DNA of 64,000 nt from Eledone cirrhosa (taxonomy: Eukaryota). The position numbers were made by a program, and so were the translations under genes. The stretch is taken from assembly GCA_964016885.1 (NCBI GenBank), contig OZ024740.1, positions 139,686,001-139,750,000 on the forward strand, in the 5' to 3' direction. The first letter of the stretch is position 1; every line of letters begins with the position of its first letter. Below the pieces are notes generated by a model, which did not search any database, was not told the DNA's origin, and saw nothing but the letters and a program-made list of their open reading frames with translations. Positions 12,630 through 29,443 of the stretch are shown here, one piece after another.

Positions 12630-14410
12630 CTCGAGCATATACTAGAAGACACTTGGTCAAGGTGTTGAATTATGGGACTGAACCCAGAATCCTGTAGTTA
12701 TGGAGCGAGCTCCTTAACTACACAGGCTTATCTGCTATATATTTATATATTTCAATATGTGTGCTAACAAGTACTGATTCGGTGATTCAGTAATGTCCGA
12801 CAAAATACCTTGTGGTATTTAGTTACGTATATATTCATTATATTGCTCCGCGGTCAGCTTCCCTTTCATATTTCTGAGGGCAGGTGTCAAGAAAAGAAAA
12901 TACTAGTCTAGAAATATCGTTAGTTTAATAGACTGTACCTACCTCTGAAACGTGAGCACTTGTGTCTTCGCAAGAAATCAATATTAATTCTTTCATATGG
13001 CGGTAGATTGGCAATATTGGTAGCACGTCGGATAAAATGCTATTGCAGTATTTATTCTTACTCTTTATAATCTGAGTTCAAATTATCTTTCATCTTTTGG
13101 GGATCGATAAAATAAAATACCAGTCCAGTAATGGAGTTGATTTAATCAACTTTGCCCTTACCCCAAATGTGCTGTCCTTGTGCCTAAATTACAAACAATA
13201 TTACTGCTTTCTATAGTGGTGGGATTGCAGAATCGGTAGAACAAAAGGCAAAGATGTTTCCTGGTATTTAGTTGCGTTCTGAGTTCTAATCCCACCGAGT
13301 TTGAATTACCTTTGTCTTTCTGGAATCGAAAAAATAATTTCATCAATCCACTGCTTGACGGATATTTTACTTTTCTTGAGCAGGAAGGGTGAAAGATAAG
13401 GTTGACTTCAAAATGTAAAGAACTGGAATAAATACCAAAAGCCATTTAGGCCAACGCTCCAGCAATTTCTCTAACCCACAGCCCTGGTATTTTATTTAAT
13501 CGTACGGAAAGTTAGATAGCATATGAACTTAGACACGTGAGAAGAACATCTACCACAAGGCACTTCATTCAACACTCTAATTATTCTGCTAATTCACAAA
13601 ATATTACAACAAATTTCCTGACAGGGTTTTAATGGTGTTTTTAAAGATGTTTTTTTAATTTTATATTTATTAGCAAGTGAATGATAATCATTAGGCGGCG
13701 AATTGACAGAATCGTTAAGACGTCGGATAGTATGCTTTACAGTATTCGTCCCACCTCTTTGCGCGCTCTGAGTTCAAATACCGCCGTGGTCAACATTGCT
13801 TTTCATCGTTAGAGGTCGATAAAAAAAAGTTTCCAGTGCAGTACTGCAGTCGATTCTTCCTCCATAGAAAAAATCGGTTAAGTTCAGACCTGGAGAGGGT
13901 TGGGCTCCGCCAGGTTTAAAAGTGCCCTAGACACGCCGTATGACGGTGCCTATACGTCTCCACAAGGACTTATGGGGTGGGGTGATAATCACATATGATT
14001 TCTCCGGGGGATAGAGAAAGGTGGGGTGGAAGTGAATCGACCACAGTACTAGATTGGTATTTTATTTATCAACCTCTAATGTATGAAAGGCAAAGTTTCC
14101 CACGCTGGAATTTGTACACTGACCCGCGAAAGCCGGGACGAATACCGCAAAGCATTTCTCACATACGGTCTAAAGTCTATGCCAGTTCTTCGCCTGGATA
14201 GTTATATAAAACGGAAAGGAGCTGCTCGTTATATCGGACCAAAGAAAGAATGTTTCCATTGGTCATTCCATTGCTGATACTATCTGCTAGTTACATTTCC
14301 TGGAAGAAGGAGCAACGTGAAATATATTATTTGGTCAAGAGCACATGTTGCTCGGTTCAGGAATTGAAGCCAAAGCGTATGATCGTAAGTTCAACATCGT
14401 AACCACTGTT
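12630..14410. mobile_element. Cluster of diverged SINE copies on both strands (about 12630-12730, 12770-12970, 13000-13195, 13215-13330, 13350-13600, 13693-13860, 14040-14200, 14290-14410)
   Basis: Recurrent CTGAGTTCAAAT, CTTTCATC..GGTCGATAAAA..ACCAGT and tRNA-like heads. Confidence 0.7.
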
Positions 14411-14644
14411 AACTATTTACTTGTATTATAGGAAATACCAGAGATCTAGTCACTGGTGGGAATGAGGAGGGAGAGAGAGTGAGAAAAGTTGTATTGGAAG
14501 GGGGTTGAAGCTCTTCAAGGGTTTGGTGAGTGTGAAATGGGGGTGTTGGGGGAGATAGAAATTCGAAGATCGTTTCCTTTCATTTAATTTCGTTTGTTTA
14601 TTTCCTCTGGGATACAAGACTAATGAACTTTGCAGACCTTTTCA

Positions 14645-14695
<51 letters not shown>

Positions 14696-14756
14696 ATACA
14701 ATTACACGCGCTTTCTCTCTTTCTCTTACGCACTTTCTTTGCCTGTAAATAAATAA

Positions 14757-14832
<76 letters not shown>

Positions 14833-14929
14833 AAAACACTATTAGATGGAACAAAAAATAAATAAATAAAAAGAAATGAAAAGAAGAAGAAGAAAAAAAG
14901 ATCAAGCAACGAAAGAAAGCGAGAGGAGG

Positions 14930-15350
14930 ACAGACACTACGCCCTAGTCTGAGCGGTGGCTCAGCCGCAAGATGGCAAAGGCGATACAGCAAAGAATGAC
15001 CAAGGACAACCGCTGCAACAGCCACCCCACCTTACAGGGCTCCCTACATAAGCGACCACCATCTTTCTGATATACGGAGAAAATCTATAGTGCAGGGACC
15101 AAGGTCACCAGAGGTCTCGATGGAGACCGGTGCAAGAGGAAGCGATTGGTCAGGCCCCGGTATTTGACTATTGCGGGCAGCGGAGCCTAGGTGTTTGACC
15201 GAAGCGACAAGGCTGGAGACGAAGAACGAGTCGCTGCACGTCGCGTCACACGTTACGGCTCCCCAACTCCTCTCGAAAGGGAACAACGTTAAACCGTCGG
15301 GGCTCTTGCCATCCCCACAGTCGAGACCAACGGGCTCCAATTGTGACTTG
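14930..15350 (-). pseudogene. CRE-like non-LTR retrotransposon REL endonuclease fragment
   Basis: DGKSPDGLTLFPF...DATCSDSF...AA...PVSIETSGDLGP...FL and later QRLSL match the DGKRPDG/DATC/ETLG/QRLS REL pattern. Confidence 0.75.
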
Positions 15351-15396
15351 TATGCATATATATATATATATATATATATAAATATATATATATAAA

Positions 15397-15769
15397 GAAT
15401 TTGAAGTTTAAAAGCCACGACAATGCTGGTTTGGACGGAAAATAATCAATCGTAAGAATCGGGGTTTGTTTTTTTATCTTAATCTATTTATATGTCCTAA
15501 TATTTCGAGATTAATATCTATCTTCCGAGGAAAATAAAGGAAATATTCCAGTGTCCGACGGGGCTTACCATACAATGCTGGCCGGAAGCATGGTATAGTA
15601 AGCCACATCGGACACTAAAATAGTTCCTTTATTTTCCTCGGAAGATAGATATTAATCTCGAAATATAAGGACATATGAATAAATTAAGATAAAAAAACAA
15701 CCCCTCTTTCTTACGATTGATTATTTTCCGTCCAAACCAGCATTGTCGTGGCTTTTTAACTTCGAATTC
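15397..15769. mobile_element. Family I foldback (about 165-bp arms plus hairpin centre)
   Basis: 15397-15558 is the reverse complement of 15608-15769; each arm has UCCU CGGAAGA UAGAU(AUUA)AUCUC GAAAUAU(A/U) AGGA. Confidence 0.85.
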
Positions 15770-15839
15770 GTTATACCATATACAATGCTTCAAGTAAACT
15801 ACAAATTCTTTCATATAATTGTATGTATATACACACACA

Positions 15840-15948
<109 letters not shown>

Positions 15949-15949
15949 T

Positions 15950-16598
15950 TATTTATGTCTATTTGGTGTATACGTTCGTATGTGTGCGGGTACAGGTGTC
16001 GCGCGGGTTTATGTATGTGTGCGCGTGTTTATGTGTACGTGCTTGTATATGCATGGCGGGTGTTTTCGCGTATGCATGTGTATGTACGTATATGGATGCG
16101 TGTATGTATCTATTTAATTATTGTTGATTTCAATAACCTCTGTCATTTTCGTTCTACTAATTTATTTACATTATTCTTAACTCTGAAGCCGAGAATCATT
16201 CGGTTTCCTAAATAGAATATTAGTCTACGACTCCATTTATACCATAAACGTGGTTTTGTCTTTGCGTGGAATTGTTCTCACCGCTCCACATAATGACGTA
16301 TTATCTTCGCTTTTTTCCGTTCATTGCCAGGAAACGTCTTCACGAACCAAAGTATCGTCTTCCTGTCTTCCTTCGGTTGCAAAGTTTTTCGAAATATTTA
16401 CTTCTGCGTTCACAGATTGAATTTTTTAGTTTCAGAATATCCCGTTAAGGGTGAAAGCAGCGATTCTTTGCTTAAACTTTAATGTTATTTTAATAAACAT
16501 TTGCTCTAGGGTTCTTATATATTTGATATATATTTATCCTTATCGAGCCTTCTTTGGATTTTAGTCTTCTTCATATTTATTATTATTATTATTATTAC
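15950..16598 (+). mobile_element. Family B long copy
   Basis: Homologous to reverse complements of 44690-44855 and 44121-44481 and to 44945-45187; hammerhead-like fold at 16428-16478 (core mutated to CAGAAUA). Confidence 0.85.
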
Positions 16599-17162
16599 TA
16601 TATATATATATGAATATGTGTGGATGAGGAAGTTTGTATATATATATTTAAAGCGATGAAATACCAATGAAGGTTGAATGATCACTGATGAAGGACTAAT
16701 TTTATTCATATGTAACCCATGTGCAACCACGCAGCACTCCATTTTTCTTATATATATATACACACACACACACACATTCGTTTGTATGTGCCTATGTATG
16801 TATATATCTGCGTATGTATGTGTGAGTTGTACTTTGTGTAAATGCCATAACCTATTTTAAATGTATCCAGTAATGTATATCTTTTACTTTTTTCAAGTCT
16901 TTAACAGAGAAGAGAAAATTCCCAGCTTTTCCTTCGTTTTAGAAGGAAAATAGGCATGGGTCCTATTTCAAATTTTCCCCTCTAAATCCTTTTATTTCAT
17001 CATTAAATTTCTCCTTCAGTTCGTTTCTATCCATCAATATATAATATGTTGGTAAAACGTTCAAAATTAAACTTTTAAAATGTATCAATACGTCTAATTT
17101 AATATCCACTCACACATATATTCACACACAGGCCAAACAATACTTCTAAATAAACATATTTT

Positions 17163-17210
17163 CCTGATGAAAGCTAGAAGTAACTAGCCGAAACAGCCGA
17201 GCTTGTGATA
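17163..17210 (+). ncRNA. Degenerate hammerhead-like motif
   Basis: CUGAUGA AA-GCUAG(AAGUAA)CUAGC-C GAAACAGC; cleavage triplet and stem I unclear. Confidence 0.4.
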
Positions 17211-17228
17211 GATCCACTACTTTTGCTA

Positions 17229-17310
<82 letters not shown>

Positions 17311-17384
17311 GAAGTTTACGAATATATATCGGCGATGAATTAGTTTTGCGAGGTTTTTGATATGAAATCGTGTGTCGAAACAAA

Positions 17385-17572
17385 TATTGTTATACTTGGG
17401 GAGGGTAATATTTGTGTAATAATATTGCCAGAATTAATAACAGAACACACTCACTGTTTGGTTGGTTTTCGCTTCTGTGTCTTTTATATCGGTTAATTTA
17501 ATTTATTCGGTCATCAATGTTACTATTGACTGACCAACGGTCAAAAATACAGATACAATATAGACACATATA
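17385..17572. mobile_element. Family H TA-associated repeat
   Basis: Homologous to 42967-43150 and 60432-60480. Confidence 0.8.
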
Positions 17573-17577
17573 TCATT

Positions 17578-18526
17578 ATCTATAAAAGGCAGATTGTTGT
17601 TGTTGTGTGTGTGTGTGTGCATGTTCCATGTTTATACATTTGCATAATTTCAATTCGATTTGACTTAAAGTCTGTAAGAATGTTGTAAATGGTCTAACTT
17701 AGATCAACGACTATTTATTTATTTCAAAATCACAATTACGGAAATAGTCGATAAAACTAAATACTTTACGCTTTACCCCTCTAATACAATCTGATTGCCT
17801 CTCTCTTCTCCCCTTAAAATTCGATAAAACTACATACATGCTGCAACTCTTATATACGCTTAAACTTACAAACATCCTTTAGGAACGCCGAAGAAAGAAA
17901 ACAGAGAGAGAAGAGAGTGAGAGAGAGAGAGAGAGTTAACGTTTGTTTTTTAGTGTGGAACGGGCAAACATTTATTTACTTCAATGACAACAATTATTCA
18001 AAAGCAACAGATAAATTTATTCAACAACAAAAAAAAATAGCGATAAATCTTTTTTGAAACATCTTTCAACGAACGTGGAAGAAAGAAGTATCAGTTTATT
18101 TACTATACAAAATAATATCCTCTATGAGGTCACTAAACCTGCTAGAAACAGCAGCTAACCCTCCCTACTGTCTTAAATTTAGAAAACACATATCCTCTAT
18201 GAGGTCACTAAGCCTGCTAGAAACAGCAGTTAACTCTCCCCCATATCACACCCCTCCCTACTGTCTTAAATTTAGAAAACACACATTAGACAACCATGCT
18301 GAACAACTCCATCGCAGCTCTGTTGTTCGGCAGGCATCGTCTACGCGCGTGTTGCGCAAGTACTGTGAAACAATAAATTTCAACACTTCTTTGCACAGAG
18401 ATAATATCCATAGGTGAATTCATTCACCCACTGCCTGGCAGACAAAAAAGTGCTGCCATAAAATGGGTGGTGCAACCTAACTTTGGTAACTTACTGACAC
18501 CGAACAACGTCTGGCTTTAATGCTAG
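17578..18526 (+). mobile_element. Probable non-autonomous Helitron-like element
   Basis: 5' TCTATAAAA followed by TGT repeats; 3' CGAACAACGTCTGG...GCTAGT; internal duplication of about 75 bp at 18117-18290. Confidence 0.5.
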
Positions 18527-18611
18527 TATATATATAATTGTATGGTTGCATGAAAAATGCGTCCGTAGGCGGTATGTTGGTTGAGCACTCGATGCTCGCG
18601 CAGAACAGAGT

Positions 18612-18865
18612 ATAATAATGTAAGGATAAGGTTTCAGTGTTGCATCATAACATATTTAATAACATATTACATATGTTTCACTATTGATCAGCTCGAGGCA
18701 AGACTCATTATATATACTAAGCATATCTGACGACCTTTCGATTACAGAGTCAGGTTCGATCTATAATAGGTCTTGCCTTGAGCTGATTGATAGTGAAACA
18801 TATGTAATATGTTATTAAATATGTTATGATGCAACACTGAATCCTTGTTCCTTATCCTTATAGTA
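18612..18865. mobile_element. Family J foldback with hammerhead
   Basis: 18612-18712 is the reverse complement of 18762-18862; plus strand hammerhead 18720-18813: GCAUAU CUGACGA ... GAAACAUAUGUA AUAUGU. Confidence 0.85.
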
Positions 18866-18881
18866 TACATATATATATGTG

Positions 18882-18961
<80 letters not shown>

Positions 18962-19059
18962 GGCGGCTGAATACGCACACGTTTTTTTCTCAAAAGAAGT
19001 TTTTATCGTTCCTTCCTCTTCTCTCTCTATCTTTCTATTTCATCTTTCATTTCACACTT

Positions 19060-19180
19060 TATCTTCTGATGAAAGACTAGAGTCCGATATGGAACGTTTC
19101 GTTTCCTACTATATCAAGTGTTAAATTAATATATTTCTTCATTGTACTATGTTGTTTGCTTTGTTATCTCTCTTTAACCT
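19060..19180 (+). mobile_element. Family K copy 3 (GAAA box mutated)
   Basis: CUGAUGA AAGACUAGAGUCC GAUAU; flank is the reverse complement of 3090-3150. Confidence 0.6.
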
Positions 19181-19188
19181 TTGCATAC

Positions 19189-19329
<141 letters not shown>

Positions 19330-19974
19330 GTGTGTGTGTGTACATACACTAGCACAGTAGCCCATCATTGTCAGCCAATTTTCACCATAGAATGTTCTTT
19401 CAATTTTCTTTTATTCCATATCACATCATCTCTCCCACGAGTCTCTTCTCCCGTTACCTATTCCCCGTGGCCCGTCCCTGGTTTCTATGGAAATTTACTC
19501 AGTGGAGGTGTATGTTGAAGTGGCTCCGATAGTCTTAATTACTTTTAGCAACAAATGGATCTTCAAATTGAAAACGTTCTAAGACCATTGTACTAGGGTG
19601 TTATTTGGCTGTTATTTCTAACGTGTTGAGCGACTAACAGAGGCTCCCTTATTGGTTAATGTGTGTATGGGTTTATATATAAAATGTTATAAACTTTAAT
19701 TGATGAACTATGTACCAATAATACACTAGAACCGATTAAAGGATAACATTATTGTGATCTATGACACTACTATTCCAGATTCTCCGTATGTCTTAGGAAA
19801 CTATGGATCAACATCTGGAAAGTCCTACTCCGGTCGAGGTCTGGACGAGGATTATTTTGTAATGGAAGACCTGGAGTTTTCCCTATCCACGCCATAATAT
19901 TGTCGAAAGACAAGATACTAAGCGGTATAGCTTAACATCCAGAATGCAAAGAACTAATCAGAAGACATGAAATT

Positions 19975-20120
19975 GGGATTGGTACATTATTTATCGAGCC
20001 TGAAAGGATGAAAGGCAAAGTTGGCCTTGGCGGGCTTTGAACTCTGAGCGAATGAGAATCGAAACAAATACTGTAAGGCCATTTAACTAGCACTCCAATG
20101 ACGTTTTCGTATTGCCGCCT
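19975..20120 (-). mobile_element. Octopus-type SINE
   Basis: GGATGAAAGGCAAAGTTGGCCTTGGCGGGCTTTGAACTC is the reverse complement of the SINE core. Confidence 0.75.
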
Positions 20121-20279
20121 TATGACAGTAGTTCATTGGTTAAAACAGAGAACCTAGATGGTAAAATAAAGGCCCATTTTAATTCCTGACCTGGCTTATG
20201 AATATCACTTGAGAATCAGAGAGGAAGATGAAATAAACAACACATTCAAGATGAAAACAAAATGTCAAAGAATCAAATG

Positions 20280-20315
<36 letters not shown>

Positions 20316-21269
20316 GCACTATTTATACATTGCTGCCTTTACTTCGTCAAACCACTCATCAAAGAAAAACACATATCTACCTCTCCATTCACTCATCGAT
20401 TCCCGTAATGGAGTCATTAGAGAAGTGTACTAAATGCAGTGTGGTATTTTTTTTGGCTCTCAGACCTCTGAGTACAAATCACGCTGAAATTAGCCTAACC
20501 TCTTGTCATTTTAATCGGCTTTTCAGATGTTTCTGAATTGAAGTCCAGCTGCAGCCAACTTGATTAGTAGATTTCATCTTTTCTTTTGCAAAGTCCACTT
20601 TGTTGCATGCATTTGAGCTAGGACGTGAGTTTGCAGGTGCCTTCTTTCCTCCCTCCACCGCCAGTCTCGAAGTCCCTAAAATGGACTTCTATCTTTCATT
20701 AGAAAAGGAAAGAAGCCAATACTTAGATCAAACAAAGAAAATTTGGTCTTTTAATATCTGATACTATCTGTTGGTCGGTCGCATCTCATGGCAGAAGGGG
20801 ACGAGATTTTAGTCCAGAGACGGATCAGATACCACAAATCCTACCATCCAATTCTAACAATTCCACCAAGTTACCGTCTCTGAACTCATACATTACTACA
20901 TATAGTCAAATAAGCCAAACAAATACCAAGGCGCGTAATAACTCTACCAAATTCGCTGCCTATACTGTAAAAATATTACATCTCTAGGTCGTTAAAAATG
21001 GTAGCCTTCTGTTGAAATAAACATTCTCTGGGAGTGATACTTTATGCTAAAATAAAAGGCGCAGCAGTGTTCCAGTGATAGAAATGTTAAATAGATACAT
21101 GTGTGTTGAGGGAATATTAGTCACAGCGACTGTGACAAATATAGGTGTCAAACAAGGAGAACGTGAAAGAATGAGAGAGAAGAAGAGAGATAGGCCTGAC
21201 TCCCGAATGAGATGGAAATGAGCAAAGGAGAAATTCTTCAGAAATGAGACTTCACAACGCATACGAGTG

Positions 21270-21307
<38 letters not shown>

Positions 21308-21896
21308 CAAAATAAAATTATTTCAATCATATTATACCATAAACAACTCAATGCATTTTACAGGCTAAAAACTATATATTTTTACAGAGCTTCATTTATG
21401 GAAATTATATTTAGGTATAATAATATATAGTATATTAAGAACCAAGCAAATAAAGAATATATTTTAGGAAAAACATAACTTTACTCACAATTTGCTTAGA
21501 CAACGATTTTATTATGACTAAGTAATTATACTAATTAACATACTCAGCCAGTTAAGACTGTCATAATTCATCAGTAAGCAAGTCTTAAAGTATACATAAC
21601 TTAAAGCTTTTTCAAAAGGAATTCAAATGAACAACCTGTGTTGGTATATAAAATCTAGACACCGACTAACCTTTCACCCCTCCCCCTACCCAAAAAGTAC
21701 ATTATATAAAAACCACGTGGTTTAGCATTGAAAAAAACCTTGGTCATGATGGGCACCGCCAATTTAGTTGATCATATCAATCCCAGAAATTATTTTGTCG
21801 ATCTCTTATTTATTAAATCACTAAGTCATATACACAGACACAAATGGAAACACCTTTTCAAAAATCTACACCTTAGCCACACAGCTATGTCTGCGG

Positions 21897-23210
<1,314 letters not shown>

Positions 23211-23212
<2 letters not shown>

Positions 23213-23670
23213 AATGAAAGGTATAGAAATTGTTTTAGCGAGAAGCTAACAGTATTCCATAACATATATGCGACTATGTCGTCAAGATGAGAAAAATAGT
23301 TAACGTAAGATGTAGGAAAAATAATTCAAACTCATCTCAAAAGAGAATCAGGATACAAATTCATCCACAGAATTTAGTGAAATCCAGGGAAAAATCAATA
23401 GACCCTTAACTCATGATAAAATAAAATAAAATACTTATCCTTCAATTTGGAAAAACATCAAATGCTCTGTATAGTCTTAAAGACTATTTCATGAAAACTT
23501 TCAGTGGAGATGGTCACGGTTGGAGTTCATCATCAGCAGAGCTCAACAGATAACCAGGGCTCTCACAGAATTATAAGCCAAAAAGGGAATTCTAAAACTG
23601 GCTAGTTCACCATCATGCGTGATTATGAAAAACGCACACGAGGAAAAACAGGGCTAGTGACGTCAAGATG
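23211..23670 (-). mobile_element. Family F element with hammerhead at 23464-23542
   Basis: GCUCUG CUGAUGA UGAA...UUCAU GAAAUAGUC(UUUAA)GACUAUA CAGAGC; other copies at 49303-49588 and 53940-53985. Confidence 0.85.
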
Positions 23671-23687
23671 AAAATGAATGTTTGTTT

Positions 23688-23945
<258 letters not shown>

Positions 23946-24029
23946 TTATCGACAAGGATCATCACAATGTTATGTCACAAACTATGTAGCTTTGGCATAG
24001 CTGGAAAACTAGGGGAGTAGCTTGGTGGC

Positions 24030-24790
24030 TTCTTAAACGACAGAAGCCAGACTGTTGCAGCCAACGGGGTCTCTCAAAAGGAAACATCAATAACAAGTGA
24101 CGTGTCCCTGGGAACCGTCTTGGGGGTCACTACTGTTTGTGGTAGCTCTTTTAGACATACCCGCTGTGATACGGATATCCTCCCTCACAAGCTAGCACAG
24201 GCAATCAAGAAACCGGCTGATGCTACTCTCTTACAACAGGATTTAGATGCCATATACGGATGGGCTGAAAACAACAATATGCAATTTAATGCAGGTAAAT
24301 GTCAAGCCCTCTGCTTTCAATCCACAAACATAGGACCGCCACAACAAAGGTACACTGGATCCGGAGGAATCGAAATCTTCTAGTCAAAATTAATACGGGA
24401 CCTGGTTATTGACATGAGCAATGATGCATCGTTTCATGTTCACATCACCAAAATGACGACAATGTTCAGACGACTGGCGGACCTGATTCTGAAGATATCC
24501 AAGACAAGAGATCCGGAAACAATGTACTCCTCTGGAGGACTCCCGTCTTCAGCCGACTTGACTATTGCTCTCAGCTGTGGTTGCCCTATAGTGTCAAACT
24601 AACTGCAGAACTTGAAGCGAACCAACGAAACTACACCAAGACGATTTCCTCAGTGAAAGAGATGAGCTACCGGGAGAGGCTGAAGAAACTAAAGCTTTAC
24701 TCCCTGGAGTGAAGATGGGAGAGATACATATGGAAGATCTTGGGAGGATTAACACCAAACTTCGGCATTGAAGTCAGGACCAGCCTATGC
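24030..24790 (+). pseudogene. CR1/L2-type LINE reverse transcriptase C-terminal fragment
   Basis: GTVLG, LQQDLDAIYGWAENNNMQFNAGKC, RDL..MSNDASFHVHI, MSYRERLKKLKLYSLE; frameshifted. Confidence 0.85.
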
Positions 24791-25600
24791 AAATACACCA
24801 ACCCACGCACACACGCATATACGTATGTATATATACAGAGAGAGAGAGAACTAGACAAAAAATTAAAATAAATTGATTCACATATATCTATAAATATGTA
24901 CATATAAGTACTTATGTGTATATAGTATGTATAATACACCACACACACACACACACACATTCACATATTGACACATACGCAAATGTGCATGACAGATTTA
25001 ATGGCTTCCTTGTGATAATCAGACAGTTTCCATTGGAGAAATGGAGAATTTCAATAAACTAACAAAATAACATGTAAAATATTTCGAAAAGAAAATATAA
25101 CACTTGCTCCAAACATCAAATTTAAAACAACCCCATAACCCCATAACACAACAAAGGCGTGATGGTAGCTATGACAGTGTTCTTAAGACTGAAGTGAATA
25201 GTGTCCACCTTTATAAACATAAGTTATAACAATAGCAACGATGGAAGAACCGTGTTAAACATTTCTTATAATAATATTTATTTCTAAGCAATACGAATGC
25301 GATTTATTATTTCATCTTGTCAGCAAAAATATAAGTTATAGCTTCAATGTGAATATAATATATAAAAAAAAACTAAGAAAAATGAGGGAGAGATGAAAGG
25401 TTTTCTTAGCCCTTTCCAGAGAAGGTAACTGACGATTTAACAATATGGATGACGAGTGTATTTTGGTTCTAAAGGAAAATATTAAAGGCGTAGTTTTATA
25501 CACACACACACACACACATATATATATATTGAAACAAAGCGAGGTACCCGCCTCACTAAACCACGAATCTACTGAACCACCTATTATATATACATGCACA

Positions 25601-25658
<58 letters not shown>

Positions 25659-25834
25659 GATTATACAGATATATTTACATGTGTGTGTGTATGTGTTAGC
25701 AAAGAGTTTGATTTATTCCAGCATGACCACCACGCCTACGAAATCAATGGTCATGTATAGAATAAGCAAAAGTGGTAATAAATATATTTAATATTCATAT
25801 TATGTGTCCATTGCTCTTTTCATTCACTTGTACG

Positions 25835-25887
<53 letters not shown>

Positions 25888-25950
25888 ACACATATATATA
25901 TATATATATTTACTTGAATAGATTTTGTATAACGAAAGAAGGAAGCCACG

Positions 25951-26099
<149 letters not shown>

Positions 26100-26499
26100 C
26101 GTGTGTGTGTGTGAAAATATCTTTTTTCGGGTGTTAGCCAATCTAGTTTATAAGTGTCACACCTTGTCCAAACACATTCAGTGAATGCCTATCTAAGTCT
26201 TTTAGCTGTCCGGTGTGAAATCTGTCACCACCAAAGAACTAAGTCGTTTTCTTTACATTAATACTGAAGGCAGCTCCCCTCTCCGCGACTTCCACAACTC
26301 TGCTCTTTGAAAATATTCCTATTTATATCTAACATGTTTCTATTACCTATGCCAATGTATCTTTAATGCATATATATAAATTAGGGTTAATTCGAAGCAC
26401 CATACCTCAGAGATACTAATATGATAAAAATAGGAAAACAGAAATTCGTTTCGAAGTAAAAGTTTATTTTGGATAGATAACTAATTATTCCACTTTGTC

Positions 26500-26537
26500 A
26501 GTTATATATTTCGACAGAAACTGTTCTCGTCAGAAGG
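26500..26537 (-). ncRNA. Hammerhead core, stem I not evident
   Basis: CUGACGA GA-ACAG(UUU)CUGU-C GAAAUAUAUA. Confidence 0.45.
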
Positions 26538-26595
26538 TTTCTATATTTTAAATTCTGTTTATCTTTAGACTGCCTGTTCATGAAAACGAATAAGG

Positions 26596-26632
<37 letters not shown>

Positions 26633-27274
26633 ATAAACAGCACAATATAATTATTCCATTTTCAAGAAACTAGACGATTCTTACAGAAAAGTCCAGCCCG
26701 TTCATCAAATAAAATAATTATGGTTTTGGATATAAATATTAAAATTGATATATATATTAAAACTGAAAATGAGGCTGAGTTAAAATGACATCTTATAACT
26801 GAAAAACGAATATATATATATACACACAAACAAATATACATACACACACACATAAAACCACATGCGGTCATCTTTACGTACATCCATATACATTCTTACA
26901 TAGATATAAAACGACATAAACTACATATATACACTCGTACATACACACACACATACATACACACACACACATATATATATATATACCCACACATACATAC
27001 ACACATATATATACATATATACTCATATGCACACACATATTCATATACATATGTATAAGCTTATACGCGCCGTGTTATTAGACCATTTTATTTAGTCAAA
27101 GCTACAATGAGATCCTCTAATTCAATTTTCAAAGACCGCTCAACGTTTTCTAAACATACATATATGTATATATGCGTGTATGTGTGTGTATGCATATTTC
27201 TGTGAATGTATTGGTATTTGCGTATATTTACTTATACGTATATTCATTGACACTCATAAGGGAAATTATGCAGT

Positions 27275-27310
<36 letters not shown>

Positions 27311-27337
27311 ACACACACACACACGCACACACACACA

Positions 27338-27749
<412 letters not shown>

Positions 27750-27774
27750 CATACACACACACACACACTGCCTA

Positions 27775-27850
<76 letters not shown>

Positions 27851-27869
27851 ATATGTATATATAAATATT

Positions 27870-28030
27870 AGGCGGCGAATTTGCAGAGTCTCTTGAATGT
27901 TGGATTTTATGATTTGCGCTATTCGTTCCGGCTCTCTACTCTCTTAGTTCAAATCCTGCCGAGGTCAACTTTGTCTTTCACCCAGTTGAGGTCGATAAAA
28001 AAGTACCAGTCTAGTACTGGGGTCGTTTCC
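27870..28030 (+). mobile_element. Octopus-type SINE
   Basis: GGCGGCGAATT...GTTCAAATCCTGCCGAGGTCAACTTTG...GGTCGATAAAAAGTACCAGT. Confidence 0.8.
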
Positions 28031-28870
28031 TGCTCTGTATTTCTGCTCTATTCAGATCAGACCTGGTGAGGAGATGAGCTCTGTCAGGTTTTTAAAATAT
28101 TACAGAAACACGGAATGCATGCATATATAAATATATAATTATGCAAACTCACTAAGTGTTTAAGAAAAAAGAGATTTAATTTGACACAAATCCAAAACTT
28201 ATTGCTTTATAAACATAGATATATACATAGATATATATACATAGATATATACATAGTTCAACATAAATGAGAAGAAAAAACCTAGCAGGTATTCTGCTGA
28301 TCGCAATGTTTGGCCAAATCATTGAATAGAAATGCTATGCATAATAACAATGACAATAAATTCTACGAATTACAATCAATAATATTTAGATAGAATTATT
28401 CCAATATTCTTATTGTATATTCGACAATAGCTTCCTTTCATATATTTTTGTTGTTCTTGTTGTTTTTCGCCGAACCCATTAAAATGCCATTGCGCATCTC
28501 TAAGCAGACGATACATAACATATGGCTTTATTATTGAAAATTATCTGAATGATTATTAAGCAGCCGTGGTATTTATTAGTCTTTATGTATTTCTGTTTGT
28601 TTCCGTTGTTTGTTTATATTGAATAGATGGTTAGAGATTGGGTGATTTGAGGTAACACTGTTTATGTATATCATTGAACCCTGTCGAATGGAATTTTTTC
28701 AGAATAGAATTATTGATTTTAAAATGTGAATGAATAGGTGACATATTGTGTTGTATGCACGTCTATGACAAACATATACACCAACACATGAGCATGCGCT
28801 TTCACATTTATGTTTGCATCTATGTATGCGTGTGTATGTACACACGCACACGCGCACACACACACACACG

Positions 28871-28951
<81 letters not shown>

Positions 28952-29041
28952 GTCTGAAGTTATGTGCGTATGTCAACATGTGTGTGATTGCTTAAAAATC
29001 GACATTTGTCAGTTTTATGCACATCTGAACGACAGGCAAAG

Positions 29042-29072
<31 letters not shown>

Positions 29073-29153
29073 GAAGTTGAAAAGATAATTTCATATATAT
29101 ACATGAAGTTGGAAAGATAATTTCACGCACACGCACATATGTACACACACATA

Positions 29154-29207
<54 letters not shown>

Positions 29208-29218
29208 TCTCTCTCCCA

Positions 29219-29305
<87 letters not shown>

Positions 29306-29375
29306 AATATTTAAATTATATTTAAAAAAAAATTTTTTTTTTAATTGTTTGAATTTTGCTTGTTCTGCTTATCTC

Positions 29376-29443
<68 letters not shown>

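Noticed and set aside
16684-16720. CTGATGA motif (similar lone motifs at about 6321, 10070 and 49790)
   Set aside because: No properly placed GAAA box, stem III or stem I
20520-20690. Possible minus-strand exon after TTTTAG
   Set aside because: No recognisable protein motif, donor site or partner exons
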